In this document: in pieces, positions 63,201 to 64,000 of the stretch | Layout: each line of letters begins with the position of its first letter | Numbering within the stretch: position 1 is the first letter of the stretch | Assembly (NCBI GenBank): GCA_043228905.1 | Contig: JBHGNT010000020.1 | Location: 8,742,001-8,806,000, forward strand | DNA: 64,000 nucleotides | Source of the DNA: Azolla caroliniana | Taxonomy: Eukaryota > Plantae > Polypodiophyta | Direction of reading: 5' to 3' | Program-made: the position numbers and the translations under genes | Notes under the pieces: generated by a model | What the model was told of the DNA's origin: nothing | The model's input: the letters and a program-made list of their open reading frames with translations, nothing else | Database searches by the model: none

Positions 63201-64000
63201 CGTCTTCTCGAATTCGGACCATGTTGTCTTTCCTTCTTGAAGCTCGATGACGCGTCTTTGGATGTTGTTGGCGACAACTCTCTTGAAGCTTGCGATTTGA
63301 CGTGCCTCGGACACGTCCCTTTGATTCATCTCCCTCTTATATGCATCAAGGAACTTCGTAATGTTCCTTCCATCGAATTGGCCCTCGAGCTCTATGACAC
63401 GATCGACAGCCTTCTCCACGCTCGCGTCGTTGTCCCGAGATCTCATCATTTGCTCGACGATTAGCATCATCCTTTCGAGCTCTCCTGCTTGGTTGCTTGA
63501 GGACGCCATCTCCAAGTATTAATCTCAACTTGATCCTTCCTACCGCCTCTTTCACGTCGGGTTCACCACTTTATTATGTCGTGAAGATCTGTCACTACGC
63601 GCGGATCGTGAGGCGGAACCGCCGGGGTTCTGGACCAGAAGGATTTAGAGTCGATACAAGCTTTGGCGAGAAAGCACTTAAGATAGATTGGGAAAGAGAG
63701 AAGATGAGATTACACAATTGATTTGATAACGAATTTCTTGTTCTTAATTTTCATAAAAAAAACCGTGTTTTTCTCCTCCCCCTTCCCTCTTTTATAGATG
63801 CTCTCATGCATATGATGCATGTGAGGGTACAAGACATGCATAAATTGCATGTTTGTCATTTGGCGCTTAAGTATTACATGTGGTGCATGCTAACCATGTC
63901 ACTCATTTTAGTTCTCATGGATGAGAATTTACATGGAAAAGTACAATGATAGAAATATAATTTCAACTAAATATCATGGCTTAATTGTAAGCCATTTGAC
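60272..64000 (-). mobile_element. Partial second copy of the gypsy element (matches 13691-17370 plus 22733 onward); LTR begins near 63577
   Basis: Near-identical ORF1 and start of pol; lacks the nested copia. Confidence 0.93.

Overview
Plant nuclear DNA, most consistent with a fern or other non-seed vascular plant (inferred from the PPR, LINE and LTR-element styles; not provable here). The only intact host gene is a two-exon group I GH3 (JAR1/GH3.10-like acyl-acid amido synthetase, minus strand, 5288-7541). It lies in a nested, serially duplicated transposon array. The array contains three copies of a Pack-MULE-like unit (MULE transposase pseudogene with captured PPR and BPS1/DUF793-like fragments), an unusual gypsy-type LTR family (near-full copy, solo LTR, partial duplicate), three Tnt1/Tork-like copia copies, an LTR-less Athila/Tat-like internal domain with a long extra ORF lodged inside a copia LTR, two RTE-like LINE fragments and a truncated GH3 duplicate fused into a MULE intron. 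The most unusual system is the gypsy family. It has a tRNA-Trp PBS set 8 nt from the LTR, insertion at ACGT with a 4-bp TSD, a GGATTTT slippery site plus predicted pseudoknot between protease and RT, and a degenerate tRNA-Trp-like A/B-box module carried antisense inside its LTR. All alignments and identities were judged by eye; boundaries are approximate where stated.
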